IMG/VR virus record: IMGVR_UViG_3300006141_000006 | Length of the DNA stretch: 37,717 nt | From: an uncultured virus (IMG/VR IMGVR_UViG_3300006141_000006) | Lineage: Duplodnaviria > Heunggongvirae > Uroviricota > Caudoviricetes | Direction: 5' to 3' (one strand) | Shown: one piece after another, positions 9,675-17,585 of the stretch | Numbering within the stretch: position 1 is the first letter of the stretch | How the letters are laid out: each line of letters begins with the position of its first letter | Notes under the pieces: model-generated | What the model was told of the DNA's origin: nothing | The model's database searches: none | What the model saw: the letters and a program-made list of their open reading frames with translations, nothing else | Translations under genes and position numbers: made by a program

Positions 9675-9892
9675 AAACATCAAACCGGGTCCTGCTGGCG
9701 ATGGGGCTCTTTGCCTTGGCCTTCATCATTGCCATGACCGCTATTTTCTGTGTCAAAGGCTCTGTGCCGGACACGTTGATCCAGTACACGTTAGGCGCGG
9801 GCGGCGTGGAAGCTCTCCTGCTGGCGGGAATTAAGATCAGCAAAGTATTGACCGGGGACAAGCCCGGAGAAAGAGAGGAACGCTATGATTGA
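9671..9892 (+). CDS. Small two-TM membrane protein (lysis module)
   Basis: GTGA overlap; two hydrophobic segments. Confidence 0.65.
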   Translation: MKTSNRVLLAMGLFALAFIIAMTAIFCVKGSVPDTLIQYTLGAGGVEALLLAGIKISKVLTGDKPGEREERYD

Positions 9893-10196
9893 CCTGACGC
9901 CGGTTGTGAATGCCGCAATTCTGCTAATTGCCGCGCTGATCACAGCCTTTGTCATCCCGTGGCTCAAGCGTAAGACCACCGCGCAGGACCGGGAAGAAAT
10001 GCTCAAGTGGGTGGAGATTGCCGTGGCCGCGGCACAGCAGCTCTACCACAACCTCGACGGTGCGGCGAGGAAACAGTATGTGCTGGACTTTCTGGCAGAG
10101 AAGGGGTATTGCCTGAATGACAAGGAGATAGACAATGCGGTTGAAGCGGCGGTGCTGAAGCTGCACAAAGAACTGGAAAATACGACCAATAAATGA
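9885..10196 (+). CDS. Holin, LL-H-like family
   Basis: N-terminal TM; 'IAVAAAQQLY..G..RKQYV..IDNAVEAAV'. Confidence 0.85.
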   Translation: MIDLTPVVNAAILLIAALITAFVIPWLKRKTTAQDREEMLKWVEIAVAAAQQLYHNLDGAARKQYVLDFLAEKGYCLNDKEIDNAVEAAVLKLHKELENTTNK

Positions 10197-10211
10197 TGGA
10201 GTACAAATATT

Positions 10212-10553
10212 ATGAAAAAAGCCATGCTGAGTCAGCCAATGAATGGAAAAACCGACAAAGAGATTGTCAAAACCAGAAATCAGGCAATCGAAGTTCTGAC
10301 AAATCACGGATATGAGATTGTGAATACTCTGTTTACCGACGAATGGTATAACGATGAGAACATGAAGGCGCGGGGCGTTGTTCAAATTCCCCTCTGTTTC
10401 CTTGCTAAAAGCCTTGAGAATATGAGCCTTTGCCATACCGCTTATTTCTGCAAAGGTTGGGAGAATGCCCGTGGATGCCGCATTGAGCATGAAGCTGCGA
10501 AAGCCTATGGCCTGGAAATTATCTACGAAGGTGACAACGATGACAACGGTTGA
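10212..10553 (+). CDS. DUF4406-like protein
   Basis: 'AMLSQPMNGK...YFCKGWENARGCRIEHEAAKAYG'. Confidence 0.6.
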   Translation: MKKAMLSQPMNGKTDKEIVKTRNQAIEVLTNHGYEIVNTLFTDEWYNDENMKARGVVQIPLCFLAKSLENMSLCHTAYFCKGWENARGCRIEHEAAKAYGLEIIYEGDNDDNG

Positions 10554-11175
10554 ACAAGTCTTGAACATTGCCCGCACCGAACTGGGGGTGAAGGAGTCCC
10601 CGGCCAACTCCAACCATGTCAAATACAATACCTGGTTTTATGGCCGGGCAGTTTCCGGCAGCGCCTATCCCTGGTGTATGGCGTTTGTTCAGTGGGTCTT
10701 TGCGCAGGCCGGAGCCAAATTGCCCTATACAACCGCCTCTTGTTCCGCTCTGCTGAATTGGTACAAGAAAAACCGCCCCGCTAGTGTTGTCAAATCTCCC
10801 CAGCCGGGAGACATCATCATTTACAATTTTGGACATACCGGCATTGTGGAGAGCGTTGGAAAAGGCATGATCACCGCTATCGAAGGCAATACCTCGCCCG
10901 GAACCGCCGGGAGCCAGTCCAACGGCGGCATGGTCTGCCGCAGGACGCGCAAAACTTCCACCGTTACCGCTTATATCCGGCCCAATTATGAAAAGGAGGA
11001 AAAAATTATGGACAATACGCCCAGCCCCGCACATAGGGAAGCCGTTGAGTGGGCTAAGAAGCACAAAATCCTCAATGGCAATACCCAGGGGGATTTGATG
11101 CTTTCTCAGCCAATCACCAGACAGCAAATGTGCTCCTTGCTTTACAACTACCATAAAGCGTTTGGAAAAACTTGA
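10540..11175 (+). CDS. Endolysin, CHAP domain plus SLH-like C-terminal domain
   Basis: 'YPWCMAFVQW', 'GHTGIV', 'IEGNT' CHAP motifs; 'AVEWAKKHKILNG..PITRQQM'. Confidence 0.9.
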   Translation: MTTVEQVLNIARTELGVKESPANSNHVKYNTWFYGRAVSGSAYPWCMAFVQWVFAQAGAKLPYTTASCSALLNWYKKNRPASVVKSPQPGDIIIYNFGHTGIVESVGKGMITAIEGNTSPGTAGSQSNGGMVCRRTRKTSTVTAYIRPNYEKEEKIMDNTPSPAHREAVEWAKKHKILNGNTQGDLMLSQPITRQQMCSLLYNYHKAFGKT

Positions 11176-11200
11176 AACCCGATGAAAGCCGTGTTAAAAT
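11172..11200 (+). promoter_or_regulatory. sigmaA-type promoter of post-lysis cassette
   Basis: TTGAAA-17 bp-TAAAAT with extended -10 TG. Confidence 0.65.
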
Positions 11201-11222
11201 CTAAAGAAAGGAGTGTGGCGGT

Positions 11223-11459
11223 ATGAACGATACGGAAAAGATTCAGAGCTTTGGCGATATGGTGGAGGCCACGGAAAAGTTAACGAAACCCTGGCGCTGT
11301 GCACTGATTATCACGAATTTTTTATGGGCCCTTGTATTTTTGGCGTTTATTTTGTTGGCATACCTTACCCCGGATACAAGTTATCAATACCAGGATTTCA
11401 ACAACCATACGCAGGTTCAGACCACCGGTACGGAAACCGCTGCCGCACAAGGTGATTAA
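11223..11459 (+). CDS. Small single-pass membrane protein
   Basis: AAAGGAG RBS; one TM segment. Confidence 0.75.
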   Translation: MNDTEKIQSFGDMVEATEKLTKPWRCALIITNFLWALVFLAFILLAYLTPDTSYQYQDFNNHTQVQTTGTETAAAQGD

Positions 11460-11461
11460 GT

Positions 11462-11548
11462 TTGGCAAGACAGGTGCAAGTTCGCAGGCCCGGCGCAAAG
11501 CGTCCCCGAAAACCACGGGCGGCAAGAGGAAGGAAAAAAGGACGGTGA
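11462..11548 (+). CDS. 28-aa highly basic micropeptide (not in ORF track)
   Basis: AAGGTGA RBS, TTG start; MARQVQVRRPGAKRPRKPRAARGRKKGR fills the gap between neighbours. Confidence 0.55.
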   Translation: MARQVQVRRPGAKRPRKPRAARGRKKGR

Positions 11549-11554
11549 CGGCTT

Positions 11555-11857
11555 TTGAACAGCCAACACCGCGCCATCCGCGCACTGCTGCAAAGTATGT
11601 CGCCCAAACGGGCAATTTCGTATATCCAGGCATTTGAGCTTCCACAGGAGGAAGAACTTTTCTTGATCGAGTGCGATGTGCGGGGAAAAAGTTATGTGCA
11701 AGCCGCCCGGGAACACAATACCTCTCCGGAGGTCATCAAGCGGCGGAGGCAGAGGGCCTACATGAAAATAGTGGGTGGAATCGCACAGGAAGCCCACCGG
11801 GGGGAGCCCCGGGGGTCTTTTCGTTTCATTCCATTGTCGCCTGAATTGCCCGTTTGA
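11555..11857 (+). CDS. HTH protein, sigma70 region-4-like
   Basis: 'GKSYVQAAREHNTSPEVIKRRRQRAYMKI' HTH pattern. Confidence 0.65.
   Translation: MNSQHRAIRALLQSMSPKRAISYIQAFELPQEEELFLIECDVRGKSYVQAAREHNTSPEVIKRRRQRAYMKIVGGIAQEAHRGEPRGSFRFIPLSPELPV
11792..11822 (+). terminator. Possible intrinsic terminator
   Basis: CCGGGG-GGAG-CCCCGG stem followed by TCTTTT; lies within the 3' end of the HTH ORF. Confidence 0.4.
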
Positions 11858-11924
11858 TAAAGGCGTTTACACGCTCTCCCCGGACGGCGGCGTGGGCCGG
11901 ATATATGCTGTGCATGGGTTGCCG

Positions 11925-12314
11925 TTACATTCTGTTTGCCTGAATTTTTGTCATGAGGGCTTCCTGTAAAACCTGGGAGAAGTTGATCCCCATAGATACC
12001 GCGCGTTCGTTGAGCCACGCCGGAATGGTCAAGGTTTTCTTGATTGCCCTTGTATCCTGATACTGGTTGATGTCACATGCGACTAAGGTAACGAAACTGT
12101 CGCCATCGCAGGAGACCGCCGACACATCAGACGGTGGAACAAGCTCACGGTTTTCTTCCAGCAGCGTCAGCAGATACCCGGCAAGGGCTTCCTGGGCGCA
12201 GGCCATGGTTTCGTTGAGCGTCCCACCATAAGTCTGACAGCCCTCCAAATCGGGAAATTCAACCCAATAAGTTTTATCTTCCTTGTGGAAAACTGCGGGA
12301 TAAACGAACAACAT
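11925..12314 (-). CDS. hicB: HicB family antitoxin
   Basis: GGAGGT RBS; 'YPAVFHKE..YWVEFPDLEGCQTYG' and RHH tail 'KKTLTIPAWLNE..INFSQVLQEAL'. Confidence 0.92.
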   Translation of the reverse strand: MLFVYPAVFHKEDKTYWVEFPDLEGCQTYGGTLNETMACAQEALAGYLLTLLEENRELVPPSDVSAVSCDGDSFVTLVACDINQYQDTRAIKKTLTIPAWLNERAVSMGINFSQVLQEALMTKIQANRM

Positions 12315-12328
12315 GATACTACCTCCAA

Positions 12329-12358
12329 TCAACTTAGGAGCAGGGCTTTGTCTTTCGT
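12329..12358 (-). pseudogene. Probable hicA remnant
   Basis: After GAGGGG RBS: ACG AAA GAC AAA GCC CTG CTC CTA AGT TGA, i.e. (M>T)KDKALL, at the position where hicA is expected. Confidence 0.5.
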
Positions 12359-12380
12359 GTTCCATTCCCCTCACGGGCAG

Positions 12381-12409
12381 ATTGTAACACGTGCCATATA
12401 TATTTTCAA
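12381..12409 (-). promoter_or_regulatory. hic promoter
   Basis: TTGAAA-17 bp-TACAAT, extended -10; CACGTG palindrome in spacer. Confidence 0.7.
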
Positions 12410-12440
12410 GGAAAGTTTTAAATGATAAGAACGCCGTCCC

Positions 12441-12839
12441 ATGACCGTGGCGGTCAACCAGAACGTGCTTTTTACCGAGACGCCTGTTTGCTGCAACCGG
12501 GGCTATGTTACCCATCGAGAGGGCAGCGGCCTTGTTGCCCTGCGGGGGAGCACCAACCAGTGCCGCGCTCGGTACAAGGTCACCTTTGGCGGCAATATTG
12601 CCGTGCCTACCGGTGGAACTGCAGGTGCAATTTCTGTTGCGCTTGCCATCAACGGGGAGGCCCTGAACAGCGCCATCGCCACCGTAACGCCCGCCGCCGT
12701 GGAGGAATATTTCAACGTATTCTCCACTGCCTACATCGATGTGGACCGGGGCTGCTGCCTCAGCCTGTCCGTGAAAAACATCAGTACCCAGGCGATCAAC
12801 GTAGCGAACCCAAACCTCATTGTTGAGCGCGTGGCCTGA
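12441..12839 (+). CDS. Beta-rich hypothetical protein (BclA-CTD/C1q-like guess), possibly 5'-damaged
   Basis: Clean ORF with alternating beta pattern; no SD before ATG. Confidence 0.55.
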   Translation: MTVAVNQNVLFTETPVCCNRGYVTHREGSGLVALRGSTNQCRARYKVTFGGNIAVPTGGTAGAISVALAINGEALNSAIATVTPAAVEEYFNVFSTAYIDVDRGCCLSLSVKNISTQAINVANPNLIVERVA

Positions 12840-12853
12840 AAGGAGAGAATGAC

Positions 12854-13234
12854 ATGGATAAACTGAAAGAAAAACTGTGGGAAGAACTGGAAGAAATCGA
12901 CCGTAAGCCCGAAATTGGCCCCGGCGATCTGGAACTTGCCCATAAACTGACAGATACCATTAAGAACATTGATAAAATCTGCATGTTGGAAGAGGGCGAA
13001 GGCTATAGCTCCGCCAACCGAGGACAGCACTATGTCCGAGGCCATTACAGCCGAGATGGTATGCGAGGCGACAGACAGGATGGCTACAGCTCCCGCCGGG
13101 ACAGCCGCGGCCGATACAGCCGGGACGACGGACGGAGTAAAATGATGGAGCACTTAGAGGCGGCCTTGGATTCCGCGACGGAACAGGACCGGGAGGATAT
13201 CCGCCGTTTTATGCGGAAGTTGGAGAACGCGTGA
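12854..13234 (+). CDS. Hypothetical phage protein with 'YSRD' repeats
   Basis: AAAGGAG RBS; helical ends, R/G/Y/S/D-rich middle. Confidence 0.8.
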   Translation: MDKLKEKLWEELEEIDRKPEIGPGDLELAHKLTDTIKNIDKICMLEEGEGYSSANRGQHYVRGHYSRDGMRGDRQDGYSSRRDSRGRYSRDDGRSKMMEHLEAALDSATEQDREDIRRFMRKLENA

Positions 13235-13253
13235 CAAAGGGGGTGCAGCTGTT

Positions 13254-13592
13254 TTGACTGCGCCAAACCTCAAGGAAATCGAGTGGGGGATTTCTCAGCT
13301 CGAAAATCAGGAAAGCACGGAAAGCCGTTACATGCTTCTAGCCGCGCTCTACACCTGCCGGAACGAAATGCTGGGCCTGTCGGTCCCCGCTGCACAGGCC
13401 GCGTCCTATTCCGAGGCTTCCATGCCAGCCGAATCCACACTGAACCAATATGGGGACAGTGATTTTCTTCAGGCGGTAGCCGGGAAAAACCCGGCCTCTG
13501 CCTGGGCGGTTATGGATGAATTGATGGACACGCTTCGCGTCGTCAATCAGCGTACTTACGAAAGCGTTATGCGTAAACTTGGAAAGCTGTAA
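13254..13592 (+). CDS. Hypothetical phage protein
   Basis: AAGGGGGTG RBS, TTG start. Confidence 0.75.
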   Translation: MTAPNLKEIEWGISQLENQESTESRYMLLAALYTCRNEMLGLSVPAAQAASYSEASMPAESTLNQYGDSDFLQAVAGKNPASAWAVMDELMDTLRVVNQRTYESVMRKLGKL

Positions 13593-13598
13593 AATTTT

Positions 13599-13642
13599 TT
13601 ATAAGACGCTATATCTTACGAGGAAGATATAGCGTCTTATAA
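13599..13642. repeat. Perfect 19-bp inverted repeat; candidate attP or terminator
   Basis: TTATAAGACGCTATATCTT-ACGAGG-AAGATATAGCGTCTTATAA, 26 bp from integrase stop. Confidence 0.6.
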
Positions 13643-13668
13643 GTTCTTTCGCAAAAAAAATTTTCTGA

Positions 13669-15171
13669 CTATTTCAAGTGGTAAACAAGGTTAAACGCCG
13701 ACGGTTTTGACTTCTTTTCTTTATAATAGCGGATAGAAGCTATTACAGAATGCAACAGCGCGTTTTGCGCCGGCGGCTCGCTTGACCGGTACACATCCAA
13801 AACATTTTGTATCTTCTTCGCCCGTTCTTTGCTGTCAAAATTCTTCGCATCTTCAATCTTCTGTTTGGCCTCGCTGCGCCGGGCTTCCAGGTCTGCGAGT
13901 TTTCTGGTGACAGCCGCCATGCGTTCCCGGAAAGTAGGAAGATCATATTCGCCCAGTTCTAGCAGCTCATACAAACGCGTTTTTTGCCGGTTTGCCAAAG
14001 ACAGCTCTTTTTCAAGGGCGCAAAGCGCGGTTTCCAAAGAGGTGGTATCCGCTTCCTGCTCAGGCAGCTCTATTTTCATTTCTTTCAAAATATCGCCCAA
14101 GTGATCAAGGACAGCATTTTCTACCAAAGAAAATTTCGCGGACGCGCAGCAGCCTTTTTTCGGGCAGAGCAGGTACGGCTCGCCTTTCATGGTCATGCGC
14201 TGCATATTCCCGCCGCAGTTTCCGCACTGTACGAGGCCCGCCAGCGGGCTTTTAATGGTTCCGTCCCGTTTCGACGGCCGGTATCTGCCTTTCATAATTT
14301 CCTGTGCCCTTTCAAAAGTTTGATTGTCTATGATGGGAGGATGCAGTCCATCTGTGATCGTCCATTTTTCTCTGGGATTGTAGATGGTAATGTGTTTCAA
14401 ATTGCCCTTTGTGTTTTTCTTGATGTGCGTTTTTTGATCCCATACAATTTTTCCGATGTAAGTTGGATTTTGAATGATCTTCGCAATGCTGCCGCGTCCA
14501 AACTGCGGCGACCGGTGGGGCCGTGCGCCCATTGCGTTGATCTGCCCGGCAATGGAAACACATCCATATCCTTGCAGGTACAAATCGAAAATCATTCGGA
14601 CAAACCGGGCCTCCGGCTCAAAGATTTCCAAGGTGGGCCGCCGGTCCACCGTAATCTTTTTGTACCCGTAGGGCGCGTTTGCTACATAGCAGCCATCCCG
14701 GATAGAACGCTGCAAGCCGCGGCGGAGGCGTTTGTTAATGATCTTGTATTCCCGGCGGGACATAAACGTTTTGAATTCCGCCATTTCGTCGTCCATTTCG
14801 TCCGCCAAATCATAGACCTTATCCGGCGTCACAATAAGCGTCCCGCTTTCCCGGAACGCGTCCAGGATGATTCCCTGATCTTTCATGCGGCCGCGGGAAA
14901 GCCGGTCCAGATCCATGCAGAGTACCGCGTCATACCGGCCCATCTCCACCGCTTCCAACATTTTAAGCATCTGCGGGCGGGCGTACAGGCTTTCTCCGCT
15001 GACGACCTCCGGGTAATAGTCCACGATATCCAGCCCATGCCGCTGGGCGCACTCCTTTAACCATTCCCGGTGCCGGTGAAGAACCTCATCGGTCTCCATA
15101 CCTTCCTCCATGCGGGATTTTCGCAGATAGGCCGCAGCGGTTTTGCCCAGCATATCTTTTTTATAATCCAC
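13669..15171 (-). CDS. Large serine recombinase (integrase)
   Basis: 'YLRKSR' catalytic Ser, 'DLDRLSRG', recombinase domain, CxxC zinc ribbon, coiled coil; GAGGTGA RBS before GTG 15171. Confidence 0.95.
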   Translation of the reverse strand: MDYKKDMLGKTAAAYLRKSRMEEGMETDEVLHRHREWLKECAQRHGLDIVDYYPEVVSGESLYARPQMLKMLEAVEMGRYDAVLCMDLDRLSRGRMKDQGIILDAFRESGTLIVTPDKVYDLADEMDDEMAEFKTFMSRREYKIINKRLRRGLQRSIRDGCYVANAPYGYKKITVDRRPTLEIFEPEARFVRMIFDLYLQGYGCVSIAGQINAMGARPHRSPQFGRGSIAKIIQNPTYIGKIVWDQKTHIKKNTKGNLKHITIYNPREKWTITDGLHPPIIDNQTFERAQEIMKGRYRPSKRDGTIKSPLAGLVQCGNCGGNMQRMTMKGEPYLLCPKKGCCASAKFSLVENAVLDHLGDILKEMKIELPEQEADTTSLETALCALEKELSLANRQKTRLYELLELGEYDLPTFRERMAAVTRKLADLEARRSEAKQKIEDAKNFDSKERAKKIQNVLDVYRSSEPPAQNALLHSVIASIRYYKEKKSKPSAFNLVYHLK

Positions 15172-15195
15172 GAAACAATCACCTCGCTTATTCAA

Positions 15196-15223
15196 CCGCC
15201 CCGGCGGGATAACGCCGGGGCGG
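15196..15223. terminator. 11-bp GC hairpin in integrase leader
   Basis: CCGCCCCGGCG-GGATAA-CGCCGGGGCGG; T-rich tail only on + strand. Confidence 0.5.
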
Positions 15224-15251
15224 GGTTTATCTTGGTTTCCTTTTCTATGTA

Positions 15252-16415
15252 TCAGGTTTCCTTTTCTAACAGGGCATTAGGGTCTGTATGCTTTGAGAAA
15301 CGGCGGCTGATGACAACTTGATACATATCCTCCGCTGGTTCTATTGGCTTCAGTAGTTTTGTATACCGGCTGATAACTCCGAGCATATACCGGCTGTAAT
15401 TCCCAATTTCATAGATATTTGCAAGGCCACACCGAATCTCTTTTTTATCTTCGTCCGGTATGACGACAATTAGCTGAATCCCATTGACGATGAGGCGGCA
15501 AATCCATTTCCGAACATTGCCTTTATACAAGACGGCTAAATAAGATTCCGTCTTTTTGTATGTAATATCTTCCAGATTAACATAGTTTGCAAATAGATTC
15601 TTTAAGTGATAGTATGCGTTCATCTCCGCACGTGTAGGCTTTGCCGTAGATTCCTTTACCGGCTCGGCAGATACTCCTGGGGTGGGTGGATTATCCGAGT
15701 CCTCACGCGCAAAGAGTGCAGTTTTGATTTTGTCATTCATGGTTTCACTGATGAATTCCTGCATAGAACCCTGTAATATGGGGCGGAACCGCTCCAAAAC
15801 AGCCTGGGTTTTCATCCCGGAATAGACGTCCTGCAAGAAGAATCGGACAAAGTCATCCGACGGCCTTTGGAATTCTTCTGCCAGTATTCCCTTGAAGCGG
15901 CTTTGATATTTCAAGAGGGAAGCCGCGTCAAAAACTTTAGAAACGCTGAAAGTCTCTTTCCGAAATCGTTTCAATTCCTCAATCTGACTTTCTTTCATGT
16001 GAAGCAGATCGAAGTCCAGGAACGGCAGCACATCCATTTTGTTTTGATTTTCGAGGTCCGTATAAAAACGGTAGCGAACGCCGTTGGTCAGGATCGCAAA
16101 TTTCGCAGGCGTGGTGGAGAAGTAGCGGAAAAGCTGGGAATCATGCTTTTCCAGGTTCCGGTTTATAGATTTCGCTTCAATGATGATAACCGGGTTACCA
16201 TCTTGCAAAATGGCGTAGTCCACCTTTTCGCCCCGCTTAATACCTACGTCGGCCACATACTCCGGGGCAAACTCCTTTGGGTCGAACACATCATAGCCCA
16301 GCAGTGAAAAGAATGGCATAATGATTGCAGTTTTCGTAGCTTCTTCGGTTTGAATGGAGTCTTTCAAGGATTCTACGCGCTTGATAAACTGGATTAAGCT
16401 CTCGTTGAATTCCAT
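15252..16415 (-). CDS. Type I restriction enzyme HsdR N-terminal-like PD-(D/E)XK domain protein
   Basis: 'TEEATK..LGYDVF..PEY..KVDYAI..IIEAK..QLFRYF..ILTNG'; AAGGAG RBS. Confidence 0.85.
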   Translation of the reverse strand: MEFNESLIQFIKRVESLKDSIQTEEATKTAIIMPFFSLLGYDVFDPKEFAPEYVADVGIKRGEKVDYAILQDGNPVIIIEAKSINRNLEKHDSQLFRYFSTTPAKFAILTNGVRYRFYTDLENQNKMDVLPFLDFDLLHMKESQIEELKRFRKETFSVSKVFDAASLLKYQSRFKGILAEEFQRPSDDFVRFFLQDVYSGMKTQAVLERFRPILQGSMQEFISETMNDKIKTALFAREDSDNPPTPGVSAEPVKESTAKPTRAEMNAYYHLKNLFANYVNLEDITYKKTESYLAVLYKGNVRKWICRLIVNGIQLIVVIPDEDKKEIRCGLANIYEIGNYSRYMLGVISRYTKLLKPIEPAEDMYQVVISRRFSKHTDPNALLEKET

Positions 16416-16453
16416 ATTCTTTCTCCTTCTATATTTCTGCACCTGACGGGCGG

Positions 16454-17206
16454 TTACTCAAAATAACTTTTGTCGCAGATGCCCAGCACCAGACCTTGGC
16501 AGCGGACATCCTCCGTCATAGGCCGGGGCGGGTAGGCGGGGTTGTGCGAAATCAAAACGCCGTCGCCCAGTTCCTTAATCCACTGCTGTCCGTCCATAAA
16601 GAACACACCGGTCTGACCGGGTATTATCTCGGTACAGGACCGGACAAACAGCTTGTCTCCATCGTAGTAGGTTGGTTCCATGCTGTCTCCGCTGACTGCG
16701 GCCAAAAAGGATGCACCTCGGGGAGGTCGCTTCGTCAAGTCCAATTCTTCAGCTTCGTCATACCCAGCTGGCTGACCCGTTCCTGCACTCATAGGCATGG
16801 TGGGAAACCACTTCATAATATAGACTGCCTTTTTCAGATCATACGGCGATTTCTGCATTAGCTCAGTACATCGCTGATACTCTACATCTAATACACTACC
16901 CACCGCTTTCTTACCGTATTGGTCAAGGGAGCGGTATTTTTTTATGTGTTCCATTTCAGTGAAATCTACTTCAAATCCACTAGATTTTCCATAGTTTGGG
17001 TCAGTAACATCGTCTTTAATCCAAAAATCCAAAGTTGTATTAAAATATTCCGCAAGTTTTTTAAAAGTGGAGAGTTTCAAACCATCGTATCCTTTTTTAT
17101 ACCATCCATCAATCGTTGTGTATGGTATTCCACTGTTCTGTGACATTGAATTCTTATTAAGCCCATATTTTTCCATAAGAAAATCAAGCTTATGAAGAAA
17201 ATCCAT
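16454..17206 (-). CDS. CI-like repressor (HTH plus S24 peptidase)
   Basis: N-terminal HTH, 'SAGTG' cleavage site, 'VSGDSMEP' and 'IKEL' catalytic motifs. Confidence 0.93.
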   Translation of the reverse strand: MDFLHKLDFLMEKYGLNKNSMSQNSGIPYTTIDGWYKKGYDGLKLSTFKKLAEYFNTTLDFWIKDDVTDPNYGKSSGFEVDFTEMEHIKKYRSLDQYGKKAVGSVLDVEYQRCTELMQKSPYDLKKAVYIMKWFPTMPMSAGTGQPAGYDEAEELDLTKRPPRGASFLAAVSGDSMEPTYYDGDKLFVRSCTEIIPGQTGVFFMDGQQWIKELGDGVLISHNPAYPPRPMTEDVRCQGLVLGICDKSYFE

Positions 17207-17228
17207 TATCTCACCTCCTTAGTTTAAT

Positions 17229-17257
17229 ATAGTACCACAGCAGAAAATATAATGCAA
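17229..17257 (-). promoter_or_regulatory. Lysogeny promoter (cI)
   Basis: TTGCAT-17 bp-TACTAT, extended -10. Confidence 0.7.
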
Positions 17258-17263
17258 GAAAAA

Positions 17264-17345
17264 TTTTACCCCATAGGGTAAAAAAAGGCTTGACAACTTA
17301 CGGCGTAGGGTGTATAGTATGCATATGAGTTACCCCGCAGGGTAA
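17264..17345. promoter_or_regulatory. Three operators TTACCC-N4-GGGTAA
   Basis: 17266-17281 and 17330-17345 perfect; 17298-17313 degenerate (TTACGG-CGTA-GGGTGT). Confidence 0.8.
17290..17318 (+). promoter_or_regulatory. Lytic early promoter
   Basis: TTGACA-17 bp-TATAGT. Confidence 0.85.
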
Positions 17346-17363
17346 AAATGAGGAGGTGAACTG

Positions 17364-17570
17364 ATGCTGAGATTAAGGAGAGCTCTTGATTCCAAGCAAA
17401 TGACAGTAAAGAACTGTGCGGAACTCATCGGAATATCTGAAAAGTCGCTTCGCAACAAACTTTCTGGTTCCAGTGATTTTACTTACAAGGAAGTAAAAAA
17501 GTTGTCTGCTATGTTCCCGGACTTTAATATGGACTATTACCTGTCCGAGGACATCAAGCCGGGGGCGTAG
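17364..17570 (+). CDS. Cro-like HTH regulator
   Basis: 68-aa XRE HTH divergent from cI; AGGAGGTG RBS. Confidence 0.88.
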   Translation: MLRLRRALDSKQMTVKNCAELIGISEKSLRNKLSGSSDFTYKEVKKLSAMFPDFNMDYYLSEDIKPGA

Positions 17571-17585
17571 GGAGGGGGTGAGGAA

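Noticed and set aside
12315..12515. N-terminal extension of HicB in ORF track
   Set aside because: The SD and promoter lie inside it; real start is 12314.
13984..15060. 358-aa + strand ORF
   Set aside because: Antisense shadow of the integrase; no SD or motifs.
15252..16415. Complete type I restriction-modification system
   Set aside because: No helicase motor, hsdM or hsdS.
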